Shown piece after piece: positions 1-11,068 of a DNA stretch of 64,000 nt. A program made the position numbers and the translations under genes. Position 1 is the stretch's first letter. The number at the start of each line of letters is the position of its first letter. The notes beneath the pieces are model-generated. The model worked only from the letters and a program-made list of their open reading frames with translations, made no database searches and had not been told where the DNA came from. Origin of the DNA: Candidatus Aminicenantes bacterium (lineage in GTDB: Bacteria; Acidobacteriota; Aminicenantia; Aminicenantales; Saccharicenantaceae); NCBI GenBank assembly GCA_963742235.1, contig CAVULT010000005.1, forward strand, positions 36,508 through 100,507, given 5' to 3'.

Positions 1-1321
1 GGTCTTCAGGTCCTGGAGATAGAGGTCGGCGGCCGGGCGGCCGATCGTCCGGGCCATCGCGTACTTCGACCACTCCGCGACGTAGGCGACCGGCGCCGCG
101 CTTGACCGGCGTCACCTCTTCGTTGACCGGGTCGTTCCCGAGCTGGACGAACGCGCCCGCATCGAGATGCCAGGCCGCCTCCATGTTGCGTTTGCGGAGC
201 TGGGCCGTGTTGTTCTTCTGATACGGCATCACGAGCACGTCTTTCGAGTGCCAGACCTCGACGGTCGACGGCTCCTCGGCGGGTGTCTTGGGCGGACCCG
301 TTTCGCTCTTGGCCGCGGGAGCGGGCTTCTCCTCCCACTTGGCGATGCCGAAGAACAAGGTCCGGCCGTCATCCGACCAGGAGAGCGGGCGGTAAGGGAC
401 GGTTCTCAAGCCGGCGGGAAAGCCCTTGTCCGCGGTGGGGTCGTAGGAGCGCTGGCGCTCGCTCCCGCCGATCCCCGTCCAGGCCATGATCAAGTGGGTC
501 GGACCGTCGCGGTGATCATCGGTCTTCGTCCGGAACACGGCCAGGTCCGGAGCGTTCTTCCGCCAGGCGAGGCCGGCGTAGATCGAGGCGGACGAATCGA
601 GCACCCGAAGGACGCCGGTCGCCGCATCGAAGAGCTGGACGCCGTTTCCGGCCTTGCCCTCCGCGCTGATGGCCAGGGCGATCAGATGGCTGAGCTCGGC
701 GTCCTGCCAGGCAAATTGAGAGACGTTGCCGAAAGCTACGTCTCTGCCGGAGGCGAGGTTTCTCACGACGACCTGGGTTCCGGGCTTTTCCTCGTCCGCG
801 TCAGAGGCGGCGGCGCCGCCGCCGCCGCTCCCCTCGCGCGGTCCGGCCGGGGGCGCAGGGGCGTAGTGATCCATGGCCAGGAAGGCGCCGTCGCGGCTGA
901 AGGCGAACGATTCGACGTCATCGACGATCGTCGTCCCGCCCGACCCGAGGTCGAGCAGGCCGAGCTTGTTGTGGACCGGCTTCTTGTCTTTTTTCAGCTT
1001 CTCCTGGTCGGCCTCGGACATGCCGATGGAGTAGGCGACCCATTTCGAATCCGAGGAAAACACGGGCTGCCCGCCGAATGCGGCGACTTTGACCGTGCCG
1101 TCGGCCAGCTTCAGGATCCGCAGCTCGTTATTGCGGTCGGAGCGGTTGATCCCGTACGCGAGCCAGCGGCCGTCCGGAGAGAGACCGCCGTGGGCGCCGG
1201 GCCGGGCCAGGCTCTCCCATTGACCGAAATCGGCCGGAGTCGCCGGCTTCTTGGTCTGAGCGCCGGCCGTGATCGACAGGATCAAGAGGATCCCGAGAAT
1301 GGCGGCTGAAGTGCGTTTCAT
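1..1321 (-). CDS. Secreted beta-propeller protein, S9/TolB-like peptidase N-terminal part; gene continues beyond the left window edge
   Basis: This ORF is not in the track because it has no stop inside the window. ATG at 1321-1319 is followed by signal peptide MKRTSAAILGILLILSITAGAQT, and the frame stays open to the edge. It has repeated propeller-blade motifs (SPDGRWLAY, SDSKWVAY, SRDGAFLA, SDDGRTLFF). The + ORF 167..1309 is its antisense shadow. The frame appears to slip by 1 nt near 91-100. Confidence 0.6.
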   Translation of the reverse strand, partial: MKRTSAAILGILLILSITAGAQTKKPATPADFGQWESLARPGAHGGLSPDGRWLAYGINRSDRNNELRILKLADGTVKVAAFGGQPVFSSDSKWVAYSIGMSEADQEKLKKDKKPVHNKLGLLDLGSGGTTIVDDVESFAFSRDGAFLAMDHYAPAPPAGPREGSGGGGAAASDADEEKPGTQVVVRNLASGRDVAFGNVSQFAWQDAELSHLIALAISAEGKAGNGVQLFDAATGVLRVLDSSASIYAGLAWRKNAPDLAVFRTKTDDHRDGPTHLIMAWTGIGGSERQRSYDPTADKGFPAGLRTVPYRPLSWSDDGRTLFFGIAKWEEKPAPAAKSETGPPKTPAEEPSTVEVWHSKDVLVMPYQKNNTAQLRKRNMEAAWHLDAGAFVQLGNDPVNEEVTPVKRGAGRLRRGVVEVRDGPDDRPPGRRPLSPGPED

Positions 1322-1427
1322 TTGGGCACCTTCCTCTCAAGAAAGGAATGGGGCGCAGCCCCTGACGCGAAATGATAGTTCGGGCCATGGATTCGTGTCA
1401 ATTTGCTTTTCAGCCTGATTGTCCGCT

Positions 1428-2822
1428 ATGCTTGAGGCCAAGGCGGACGTCGATATGGGACCTGAAAAGAACAACCCGGTCGTGGATTCCCCTCTCCACA
1501 TTCTCGTCGTGGACGACGAGCTCAACATCCGGAAAACGCTGACGGTGTGTCTCGAGACGGAAGGCCACAAAGTCACCGCCGTCAGCAACTTTCAAGACGC
1601 CATGGCCGAGGCCTCGCGCAGGTCCTTCGATCTCGCCTTCGTCGACCTCAGGTTGGGCATGGATGACGGCCTCGACCTCATCCCGGCCCTTCTGGCCGCC
1701 ACGCCCTGGCTCAAGATCATCGTCATCACCGCCTATGCGTCCATCGATACGGCCGTCGAAGCCATCCGGCGAGGGGCCGCCGACTACATTCCCAAGCCGT
1801 TCACGCCGGCCCAGATCAACCTGGCGGTCCGGAAGGTGTTCGAGGTCCGTTCCCTGGAGCGGAAGGTCGCGGCGCTCCAAGAGGACCTTGGGCGCCAGCG
1901 TCCCGAGATCGACTTCTCGAGCTCGAGCCCCCGGATGCAGAGGGCCGTGAACATGGCCCGCCAGGCCGCCGCCTCCGAAGCCACGATCCTTCTCAGCGGC
2001 GAGAGCGGAACAGGCAAAACCGTCCTGGCCCGGGCCATCCATTCCTGGAGCAGCCGGGCGGACAAGTCGTTCAGCCTCATCTCTTGCCCTTCCTTCCCTC
2101 CCGAGCTGCTGGAAAGCGAGCTCTTCGGGCATGTGAAGGGAGCCTTCACGGGGGCCTTCCGCGACAACCCCGGCCGCATCGCGGCGACCGACGGCGGGAC
2201 GTTATTTCTGGATGAGATCGGCGACCTGCCGCTCCCCCTCCAGCCGAAGCTCCTGCGTTTTGTCCAGGAAAGGGAATTCGAGCGCATCGGCGACACCGTC
2301 ACGCGAAAAGCGGACGTGCGGCTGATCGCGGCCACGAATACGAACCTGGCGGAGGCGGTCAAGGAAGGCCGGTTCCGGGAAGACCTCTATTTCCGCCTCA
2401 GCGTGATCCCGATCGAGATCCCTCCCCTCCGTGAGAGACCGGACGATGTCCCCATCCTGGCGGAACGCCTCTTGGCCTTCCACGCCCGGAACAACCACCG
2501 CTCGTTCCTGGGATTCAAAGATGATGCGCTTCGGACGCTGACCGCCTACTCTTGGCCGGGGAACCTCAGGGAATTGAGCAATGCCATCGAACGCGCGGCC
2601 ATCCTCTGCCCGGCCGACCGCATCGGCCTCGAATGTCTTCCGGCGAATCTCTCTCCGGGAGGCGCCGAGGTCAAGATCGGCGATCCTGTGAGCCTCGACA
2701 AGGTCGAGGAAGCTCATATCCGGCGAGTTCTGGCGGACTCCAAATCCCTTCGCGAAGCGGCTGATATCCTCAGAATCGACCAAGCCACTCTCTGGCGACG
2801 CCGAAAACAGTACGGTCTCTGA
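1428..2822 (+). CDS. Sigma-54-dependent response regulator (NtrC family: REC + AAA+ + Fis-type HTH)
   Basis: REC domain (ILVVDDE...DLAFVDLRLG). AAA+ domain with Walker A GESGTGKT and the GAFTGA sigma-54 contact loop. C-terminal HTH (LREAADILRIDQATLWRRRKQYG). The track ORF opens at TTG 1419; ATG 1428 (or 1455) is the more likely start. Confidence 0.9.
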   Translation: MLEAKADVDMGPEKNNPVVDSPLHILVVDDELNIRKTLTVCLETEGHKVTAVSNFQDAMAEASRRSFDLAFVDLRLGMDDGLDLIPALLAATPWLKIIVITAYASIDTAVEAIRRGAADYIPKPFTPAQINLAVRKVFEVRSLERKVAALQEDLGRQRPEIDFSSSSPRMQRAVNMARQAAASEATILLSGESGTGKTVLARAIHSWSSRADKSFSLISCPSFPPELLESELFGHVKGAFTGAFRDNPGRIAATDGGTLFLDEIGDLPLPLQPKLLRFVQEREFERIGDTVTRKADVRLIAATNTNLAEAVKEGRFREDLYFRLSVIPIEIPPLRERPDDVPILAERLLAFHARNNHRSFLGFKDDALRTLTAYSWPGNLRELSNAIERAAILCPADRIGLECLPANLSPGGAEVKIGDPVSLDKVEEAHIRRVLADSKSLREAADILRIDQATLWRRRKQYGL

Positions 2823-2826
2823 TAGT

Positions 2827-2872
2827 TGCATTTTTCAATGGGCTTATCCGGAGATGTCTTGATGAATGCAAA
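2827..2872 (+). promoter_or_regulatory. Inverted repeat TTGCAT-N34-ATGCAA, candidate enhancer (UAS) for the sigma-54 activator
   Basis: TTGCAT at 2827-2832 and ATGCAA at 2867-2872, inside an unusually AT-rich gap about 70-110 nt upstream of the -24/-12 element. This is a positional argument only. Confidence 0.2.
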
Positions 2873-2907
2873 CTCCCCATCCATGATGGTTCAACTATAA
2901 TATTCAT

Positions 2908-2920
2908 TATCAATCAGTTA
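2908..2920 (+). promoter_or_regulatory. IHF-like bending site
   Basis: TATCAATCAGTTA fits WATCAANNNNTTR. It lies between the candidate UAS and the -24 element, the usual place for IHF at sigma-54 promoters. Confidence 0.3.
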
Positions 2921-2935
2921 ATAACACGATGATCC

Positions 2936-2951
2936 TGGCATGAGTCTTGCT
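2936..2951 (+). promoter_or_regulatory. Sigma-54 (-24/-12) promoter reading into the histidine kinase and kdp genes
   Basis: TGGCAT(2936-2941)-N5-TTGCT(2947-2951) has the exact GG/GC spacing of TGGCAC-N5-TTGCW. It lies 26 nt upstream of the kinase ATG, in a 150-bp AT-rich gap directly after a sigma-54 activator gene. Confidence 0.6.
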
Positions 2952-2976
2952 TTATTGGGAGCCTGAGGAAACCATT

Positions 2977-4815
2977 ATGCTTGGACTTCGCCAAAAAATC
3001 TCCCTGGGATTCAGCGCGCTCCTGGTCATCATCATCGTCATCGGTACCCAGAGTATTCTCCATCTGTCCAAGCTGGGCGCTTCGATCGACGTCATCCTGC
3101 GCGAAAATTACCGGAGCGTCATCGCCTGCCAGCAGATGAAGGAAGCGCTGGAGCGCATCGACAGCGGGGTTCTTTTCGTTCTTCTCGGCCATGCCCGGGA
3201 GGGGGACGAGCTCGTCCGCAACAATCAGGCCGCCTTCGAAAAGGCCCTCCAAGTCGAGCTCAGCAACATCACCCTCCCGCCCGAGGGAGAAAAAGCCGCC
3301 CGGCTGCGGGACCTTTTCGGACGCTATGAAACCCTTTTGAAAGACGTCGTCGATCCGGCCCAATCCCCGGATCTCCGGAGCCGGACCTATTTCATGAACC
3401 TCCTGCCCCTGTTCGGGCAGATCAAGAACCAGGCCGACGAGATCCTGCAGCTGAACCAGCAGAACATGAGCGACGCCAATGACCGCGCTCGCCGGAGCGC
3501 CGCATCCGCCAGAAGGCAGATGTATGTTTTTCTGTCCGTCGGCACGGCTCTGGCCGTCGTCTTCATCTTTTTCACCGGAAGATGGATCCTCCGGCCGATC
3601 CACCGCCTCATCCGGTCGGCGGACGAGATCCGGCGCGGCAACCTGGATCTCGTCGTGGCCGCCGATTCCCGGGACGAGATCGGGCACCTCTCGAAAGCGT
3701 TCAACGCCATGGCCGCAAGCCTGCGGGAGTTCCGGAGGACGGACCAGGCCAAGCTCCTCCGCATCCAAAGGGCCACGCAGCAGGCCTTCGACAGCCTTCC
3801 CGATGCGATCGCCGTCATCGACGCGGAGGGGCGGGTCGAGGTGGCCACGGAATCTGCGAGGACCGTCTTCGGGCTGAGACCCGGGGTGGCCGTCGAGGAC
3901 CTGACGTTCGCGTGGATGGCCGATCTCTGGCGGGACGCGCGTCAGGACGGCCGCAACGCATTTCTCGAAGGCCAGAGGTCCATCCAGCAATTCGTCGGGG
4001 GCGAAGAACGTTACTATCGCCCCGAAGCGGTGCCGATCCTGGATAGCGAACGCCTGACGACCGGCGTGATCCTTGTCCTCAAGGATGTCACCCAGCTCCG
4101 GCAGCAGGACGAGATCAAGAGGGGCGTCGTCCGGACCGTGTCGCATCAATTGAACACCCCGCTCACGTCGGTGCGCATGGCCATCCATCTGCTTCTCGGC
4201 GAGAAGGTCGGCGCCCTGAACGAGAAACAGGCGGAGCTTCTGATGTCGGCCCGCGAGGACAGCGACCGCCTTCACGATATCCTCAACAGCCTGCTCGATC
4301 TCAGCCGCTTCGAATCGGGCAGGGCCCTGATGGAATTCCAGTCCCTCACCCCGCGGTCGATCGTCATGGATGCCGTTGAGTCCGTCCGCCGGACCGCCCA
4401 GGATCGCGGGGTGGCTCTCGAGGCCGACGTCCCGAGCGATCTTCCCGAGGTCTGGGCCGACACGACCCGGATCGGCCACGTCTTCAGCAACCTCCTCTCG
4501 AACGCGCTCAGGCATACCTCTCCCGGCGGCCGGATCGCGCTCGCCGCCGAGGCCGATGATGCCGCAGTCCGTTTTCATGTCTCCGACTCGGGCGAGGGCA
4601 TCCCGGAGGAGTTCCTGGCCAGGGTCTTCGAGCCCTTCTTCCGGGTCCCCGGCCGCCTGAACGAGAACGGGGCGGGGCTCGGGTTGGCCATCGTCAAGGA
4701 GATCGTCGAGGCCCACGGCGGGACCGTCGGCGTGGAAAGCAGCGAGGGCAACGGATCGACCTTCACGTTCACTCTGAGAAGGGCTGACCGGTTCCCGAAA
4801 GAAGAGGCCGCCTGA
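2977..4815 (+). CDS. Sensor histidine kinase, KinB-like (four-helix-bundle sensor, TM, HAMP, PAS, HisKA, HATPase_c)
   Basis: RBS GAGGAA precedes ATG 2977; the track start at 2947 would overlap the promoter. HAMP (ILRPIHRLIRSADEIRRGNLD...DEIGHLSKAFNAM). H-box SHQLNTPLTSV. G-boxes DSGEGIP and GAGLGLAIV. Confidence 0.9.
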   Translation: MLGLRQKISLGFSALLVIIIVIGTQSILHLSKLGASIDVILRENYRSVIACQQMKEALERIDSGVLFVLLGHAREGDELVRNNQAAFEKALQVELSNITLPPEGEKAARLRDLFGRYETLLKDVVDPAQSPDLRSRTYFMNLLPLFGQIKNQADEILQLNQQNMSDANDRARRSAASARRQMYVFLSVGTALAVVFIFFTGRWILRPIHRLIRSADEIRRGNLDLVVAADSRDEIGHLSKAFNAMAASLREFRRTDQAKLLRIQRATQQAFDSLPDAIAVIDAEGRVEVATESARTVFGLRPGVAVEDLTFAWMADLWRDARQDGRNAFLEGQRSIQQFVGGEERYYRPEAVPILDSERLTTGVILVLKDVTQLRQQDEIKRGVVRTVSHQLNTPLTSVRMAIHLLLGEKVGALNEKQAELLMSAREDSDRLHDILNSLLDLSRFESGRALMEFQSLTPRSIVMDAVESVRRTAQDRGVALEADVPSDLPEVWADTTRIGHVFSNLLSNALRHTSPGGRIALAAEADDAAVRFHVSDSGEGIPEEFLARVFEPFFRVPGRLNENGAGLGLAIVKEIVEAHGGTVGVESSEGNGSTFTFTLRRADRFPKEEAA

Positions 4816-4898
4816 TGATCGACGCGCTCTTTGTTCTGCTGACGGTTCTATTCTTCGGCCTGTGCGCGCTCTACGCCAGGGCCTGCGAAAGGCTTTGA
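4815..4898 (+). CDS. 27-aa hydrophobic micro-protein, possibly a diverged KdpF-like peptide
   Basis: MIDALFVLLTVLFFGLCALYARACERL. The ATG overlaps the kinase stop (ATGA at 4813-4818). It has one TM helix and the same length and position as kdpF, which starts 3 nt after its stop. It is below the ORF-track size cutoff. Confidence 0.4.
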   Translation: MIDALFVLLTVLFFGLCALYARACERL

Positions 4899-4900
4899 CC

Positions 4901-4984
4901 ATGACCGACATCCTGGGACTGATCGTCGGGATTCTGCTCCTCGGCTATCTTCTGCTGAGTGTCCTGCGGCCCGAGAAGTTCTGA
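4901..4984 (+). CDS. kdpF: K+-transporting ATPase subunit F
   Basis: MTDILGLIVGILLLGYLLLSVLRPEKF. This is a single TM helix with the characteristic GYL...LLRPEKF C-terminus, immediately upstream of kdpA. Confidence 0.75.
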   Translation: MTDILGLIVGILLLGYLLLSVLRPEKF

Positions 4985-4997
4985 CGAGGTGACGACG

Positions 4998-6717
4998 ATG
5001 GACCTTTACGGCTGGCTTCAACTGGCCCTCTTCCTCGGCCTCCTCGTAGTGGTCACGAAGCCCCTGGGTCTCTACCTCATCCGGGTCCTCGAGCCCGAGG
5101 GCAGGACTTGGCTCGACCGCCCGGTCAAGCCCGTCGAGCGCCTCCTCTACCGGATCCTCGGCGTCGACCCGAAGACGGAGCAGGACTGGAGGCAATACAC
5201 CCGGTCCCTCATCGTCTTCAGCCTGGCCGGGCTGCTGTTCACGTACGCCGTGCTCCGGCTCCAGCATCTTCTCCCGTTGAATCCCCAGAAATTCGGACCC
5301 GTCGGGCCCGACCTCGCCTTCAACACCGCGGCCAGCTTCACCACCAACACGAACTGGCAGAATTACGCGGGGGAATCCACACTGTCCTACTTTTCGCAGA
5401 TGGTCGGGCTCGTTTTCCATAACTTTGTCTCGGCGGCGGCCGGCATCGCGGCGGCCGCGGCTCTGGTGCGGGGGATCGCCCGGCATTCGGCCAGGACGAT
5501 CGGGAATTTCTGGGTCGACGTCGTCCGCATCAACCTCTATCTCCTGCTTCCCTTCTCGATCGTCTTCTCGCTCTTCCTGACGTCGCAGGGGGTGATCCAG
5601 AACTTCAAGCCTTCCGTCAGGGCCACGACGGTCGAGAGCGCGGCCCGGACAGGCCATCGCCCAGGGCCCGGCGGCTTCCCAGGTGGCCATCAAGATGCTC
5701 GGAACGAACGGCGGCGGTTTCTTCAACGCCAACGCCGCCCATCCCTACGAGAACCCGACGCCCCTCTCGAACTTCCTCCAGATGCTCTCCATCCTCCTCA
5801 TCCCGAGCGGACTCACCTATTACCTCGGACGCAAGGTCAAGAACCAGAAGCACGGCTGGGCCCTCTGGAGCGCCATGGCCGTCATCTTCGTGGCCGCGGT
5901 GCTTGTCTGCTGGCGGTCCGAGAGCGCGGGCAATCCCCGCCTGCAGGCGCTCGGCGTCGACCCGGCCGGCGGCAACATGGAAGGCAAGGAGGTCCGCTTC
6001 GGCGTTTTCGACTCGAGCCTGTTCGCCACCGTCACGACCGCCGCCTCGTGCGGAGCGGTCAACGCCATGCACGACTCGTTCACGCCGCTCGGCGGCTTGG
6101 TCCCGCTCGTCAACATCCAGCTGGGCGAGGTCGTCTTCGGCGGGGTCGGTTCGGGCCTGTACGGGATGCTCGTCTTTGTCATCCTGGCCGTCTTCCTCAC
6201 CGGCTTGATGGTCGGACGGACGCCCGAGTATCTGGGCAAGAAGATCGAATCCTATGACGTGAAGGTCTCCGTCCTGGCCTTGCTCGTCCTGATCTTCTCG
6301 ATCCTCGGGTTCTCCGCCTGGGCCGCGACCAGCCGGTTGGGCCTGGCCGGGCTCGCCAACTCCGGCCCGCACGGCTTGAGCGAGATCCTCTACGCTTTTT
6401 CCTCCGGCACGGGCAACAACGGCAGCGGCTTCGCGGGCCTTGACGGCAACACGCCCTTTTATAACATCACCCTGGCTCTGGCCATGCTCTTCGGCCGGTT
6501 CATCATGATGGTTCCTGTCCTCGCATTGGCCGGGAACATGGCCCGGAAAAAGCTCGTCCCGCCGAGCGAAGCGAGCTTCCCCGCGAGCGGCCCGACGTTC
6601 GTCATCATCCTCATCGGGACCGTCCTCATTGTCGGCGCCCTGACCTTTCTGCCGGCCCTGGCCCTCGGTCCCATCGTCGAGCATCTCCTGATGACCGGAT
6701 CCGGGGTCCTGTATTAA
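4998..6717 (+). pseudogene. kdpA: K+-transporting ATPase subunit A, interrupted as sequenced by a 1-nt frameshift near 5641-5647
   Basis: RBS GAGGTG precedes ATG 4998. The N-terminal half lies in the frame of ORF 4959..6257 (MDLYGWLQLALFLGL...[13 protein letters not shown]). It continues in the frame of ORF 5683..6717 ([29 protein letters not shown]...). Both halves are collinear with KdpA. Confidence 0.9.
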
Positions 6718-6728
6718 GGGAGGATGAC

Positions 6729-8750
<2,022 letters not shown>

Positions 8751-8771
8751 CATGAGGAAGGACGCACGGAA

Positions 8772-9365
8772 ATGAAAGACTGGCTGGCCGAACTCAGGAG
8801 GTCGTTCCTGGCCGTGGCCGTCCTGGCCGTCATCCTGTGCGGCCTCTACCCGCTCGTGACCTGGGTCCTCGCTCAAGGCATCTTTCCCGGCCGGGCCAAC
8901 GGCTCGCTCATCGTGCGGGACGAAGTCGTCGCCGGGTCGAGCCTGATCGGCCAGGAGTTTGCGTCCCCGAAGTATTTTCACCCGCGCCCTTCGGCGGCCG
9001 GGAAGGGATACGACGGCGGCCGGTCCGGGGGGACGAACCTCGGGCCCTTATCGAAGGACCTCGTGGAGACTGTCCTCAGGCGGACAACCGAGTACCGGAA
9101 GGAAAATGGGCTCGCCGACGCGACTCCGGTGCCGGTCGACGCCGTCACGGCCTCGGGGAGCGGGCTCGACCCCCATATCTCTCCGGAAAACGCCCGGCTC
9201 CAGGCCTCCCGCGTGTCGAGAGCCCGGGGCCTCGCGGAGGACGTGGTCCTGGCCCGGATCAAGGCCTGCACCGAAGGCCGCACGCTGGGCATCCTGGGCG
9301 AGCCGCGGGTGAACGTCATGCGTTTGAACCTGGCCCTCGACGGAGTCTCCGATGCCGGAAGATAG
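8772..9365 (+). CDS. kdpC: K+-transporting ATPase subunit C
   Basis: N-terminal TM helix, with typical KdpC motifs (SGSGLDPHISPENARLQ, GILGEPRVNVMRLNLAL). Confidence 0.95.
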   Translation: MKDWLAELRRSFLAVAVLAVILCGLYPLVTWVLAQGIFPGRANGSLIVRDEVVAGSSLIGQEFASPKYFHPRPSAAGKGYDGGRSGGTNLGPLSKDLVETVLRRTTEYRKENGLADATPVPVDAVTASGSGLDPHISPENARLQASRVSRARGLAEDVVLARIKACTEGRTLGILGEPRVNVMRLNLALDGVSDAGR

Positions 9366-11031
9366 GGCCGACGCGTTCTTGCGGATGATCCGCCGGGCCC
9401 AGCGGGGGCGCCTGAAGATCTTCCTCGGCTACTCGGCCGGCGTCGGCAAGACCTATCAGATGCTCCAGGAAGGCCACCGGCTCAAGAGCGAGGGCATCGA
9501 CGTCGTCATCGGCCTCCTCGAAACGCACGGCCGGGCGGACATCGCCCGGCTGGCCGAAGGCCTCGAGGTCGTTCCCCGCCGCGTCCAGGAGTATCACGGC
9601 ATCGCCATCGAGGAGATGAACGCGGAAGCGGTCATCGCCCGCAAGCCCCAGCTGGCCCTGATCGACGAGCTGGCTCATACGAATGTCCCGGGCAGCCGGA
9701 ACGCCAAGCGGTACGAGGACGTCCTGGATATCCTGGCCGCGGGGATCCACGTCATCAGCACGCTCAACGTCCAGCACCTGGAAAGCCTCTACAACATCGT
9801 GGAGACGGCCGTCGGGGTCAAAGTCCGCGAACGTCTCCCGGATTCCATCCTGGCCGAGGCGGATGAGATCGTCGATGTCGACCTCGCGACCGACGACCTC
9901 CGGAAGCGCCTCGAGGAAGGGAAGATCTACCCGGCCGAGCGGATCGAAGCCGCGCGGGCCAACTTTTTCATAAGGTCCAACCTGGAAAAGCTGCGCGAGC
10001 TGACGCTTCGCGAGCTCGCCGCGCAGATCGACCTGCGCCGGCGCGAGGCCCAGGGGGCGGAGGGCGGCGCGGCCTCGGACCAGGTCATGGTCTGTCTGAG
10101 CTCGCACGGGCCGAACAGCGAGAGGCTGCTGCGCTACGGCTCCCGTCTGGCCGGAAAATTCAACCGAAACTGGTACGCCGTCTACGTCCAGACGCCGTCC
10201 GAGGAGGCCACGGTCATCGACGCTCAGGTCCAGCGCCATCTCTCGGACACGCTGACGCTGGCCAAACAGCTCGGGGCCATGGTCTTCACCTACAAGGGCG
10301 AGGACATCGCCGACACCATCCTCCGGTTCGCGGCGGAATACAGGGTCGGACACATCGTCGTGGGCAAGGCCTCCACGAGGCCTCTCTGGAAGCGGCTGGG
10401 CCGGAACAAAACGATCGTCGAGGACCTGATCAGGAACGCCCGTAACGCCACGGTCATCGTCCTGGATACGTGCCAGGCCCTGCCGGGATCCGTCCGTTCT
10501 CAACCCGAGATCCCGGAAGAAGCTTCCCCCGTCGGGCCGGCTGAGGGACCAAGTCTCCAGCCGGTCGACCGCCCTCGCCTGAGCCTCCTGTCGTCTCCCC
10601 GGCACATCGTGATCTGGGAGACGGCCGTCGAAAAGGAGACCGTTCTCAGGACCCTGGCCGCGACGGTCGCGAGGGAAGCCGGAAGCGAGTCCGCGGAGAG
10701 TGTTTTCGAGGCCATCATGAAACGGGAAGCCCAGGGCTCGACGTTTTTCAACGAGGGCGTGGCCTTCCCCCATGTCCGCGTGGAGGGATTGGCCGCTCCG
10801 GCGATCGCCCTGGGGTTGACGAGAGAGGGGGTCATCGACGTGGCGACCGACAAGCCCATCGAGATCGTCTTCCTCATCCTGTCACCGGCCCAAACCCCCG
10901 AGACACAGGTCAAGCTTCTGGGCCTGGTCAGCCGGGCTGCCCAGAACAGGTCGCTCATGCAGGCCCTGCGGTCCGTCCGGACGCCGGAAGAGGCCATGCG
11001 CGCGATCCGCGAATGGGAGACGTCGGCGTGA
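9352..11031 (+). CDS. KdpD N-terminal sensor domain + Usp domain fused to a PTS EIIA type-2 (EIIA-Ntr-like) domain; no TM region and no kinase core
   Basis: aa 18-225 match KdpD-N (KIFLGYSAGVGKTYQML, IDELAHTN). aa 243-372 match Usp (VMVCLSSHG...HIVVGK). aa 408-556 match the EIIA type-2 pattern, with the candidate phospho-His in GVAFPHVRVEG (His474, nt 10771-10773). The start overlaps the kdpC end. Confidence 0.85.
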   Translation: MPEDRADAFLRMIRRAQRGRLKIFLGYSAGVGKTYQMLQEGHRLKSEGIDVVIGLLETHGRADIARLAEGLEVVPRRVQEYHGIAIEEMNAEAVIARKPQLALIDELAHTNVPGSRNAKRYEDVLDILAAGIHVISTLNVQHLESLYNIVETAVGVKVRERLPDSILAEADEIVDVDLATDDLRKRLEEGKIYPAERIEAARANFFIRSNLEKLRELTLRELAAQIDLRRREAQGAEGGAASDQVMVCLSSHGPNSERLLRYGSRLAGKFNRNWYAVYVQTPSEEATVIDAQVQRHLSDTLTLAKQLGAMVFTYKGEDIADTILRFAAEYRVGHIVVGKASTRPLWKRLGRNKTIVEDLIRNARNATVIVLDTCQALPGSVRSQPEIPEEASPVGPAEGPSLQPVDRPRLSLLSSPRHIVIWETAVEKETVLRTLAATVAREAGSESAESVFEAIMKREAQGSTFFNEGVAFPHVRVEGLAAPAIALGLTREGVIDVATDKPIEIVFLILSPAQTPETQVKLLGLVSRAAQNRSLMQALRSVRTPEEAMRAIREWETSA

Positions 11032-11068
11032 GGTCCGGGGATCGAACGGATTTCCGACTGGAGGCAAC

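Noticed and set aside
1321-1427. Sigma-54 promoter upstream of the activator gene (TGGGCAC and TGG...TTGC strings)
   Set aside because: Neither string has the GG-N10-GC spacing; the second has 14 nt between GG and GC. I leave the promoter of the activator gene unassigned.
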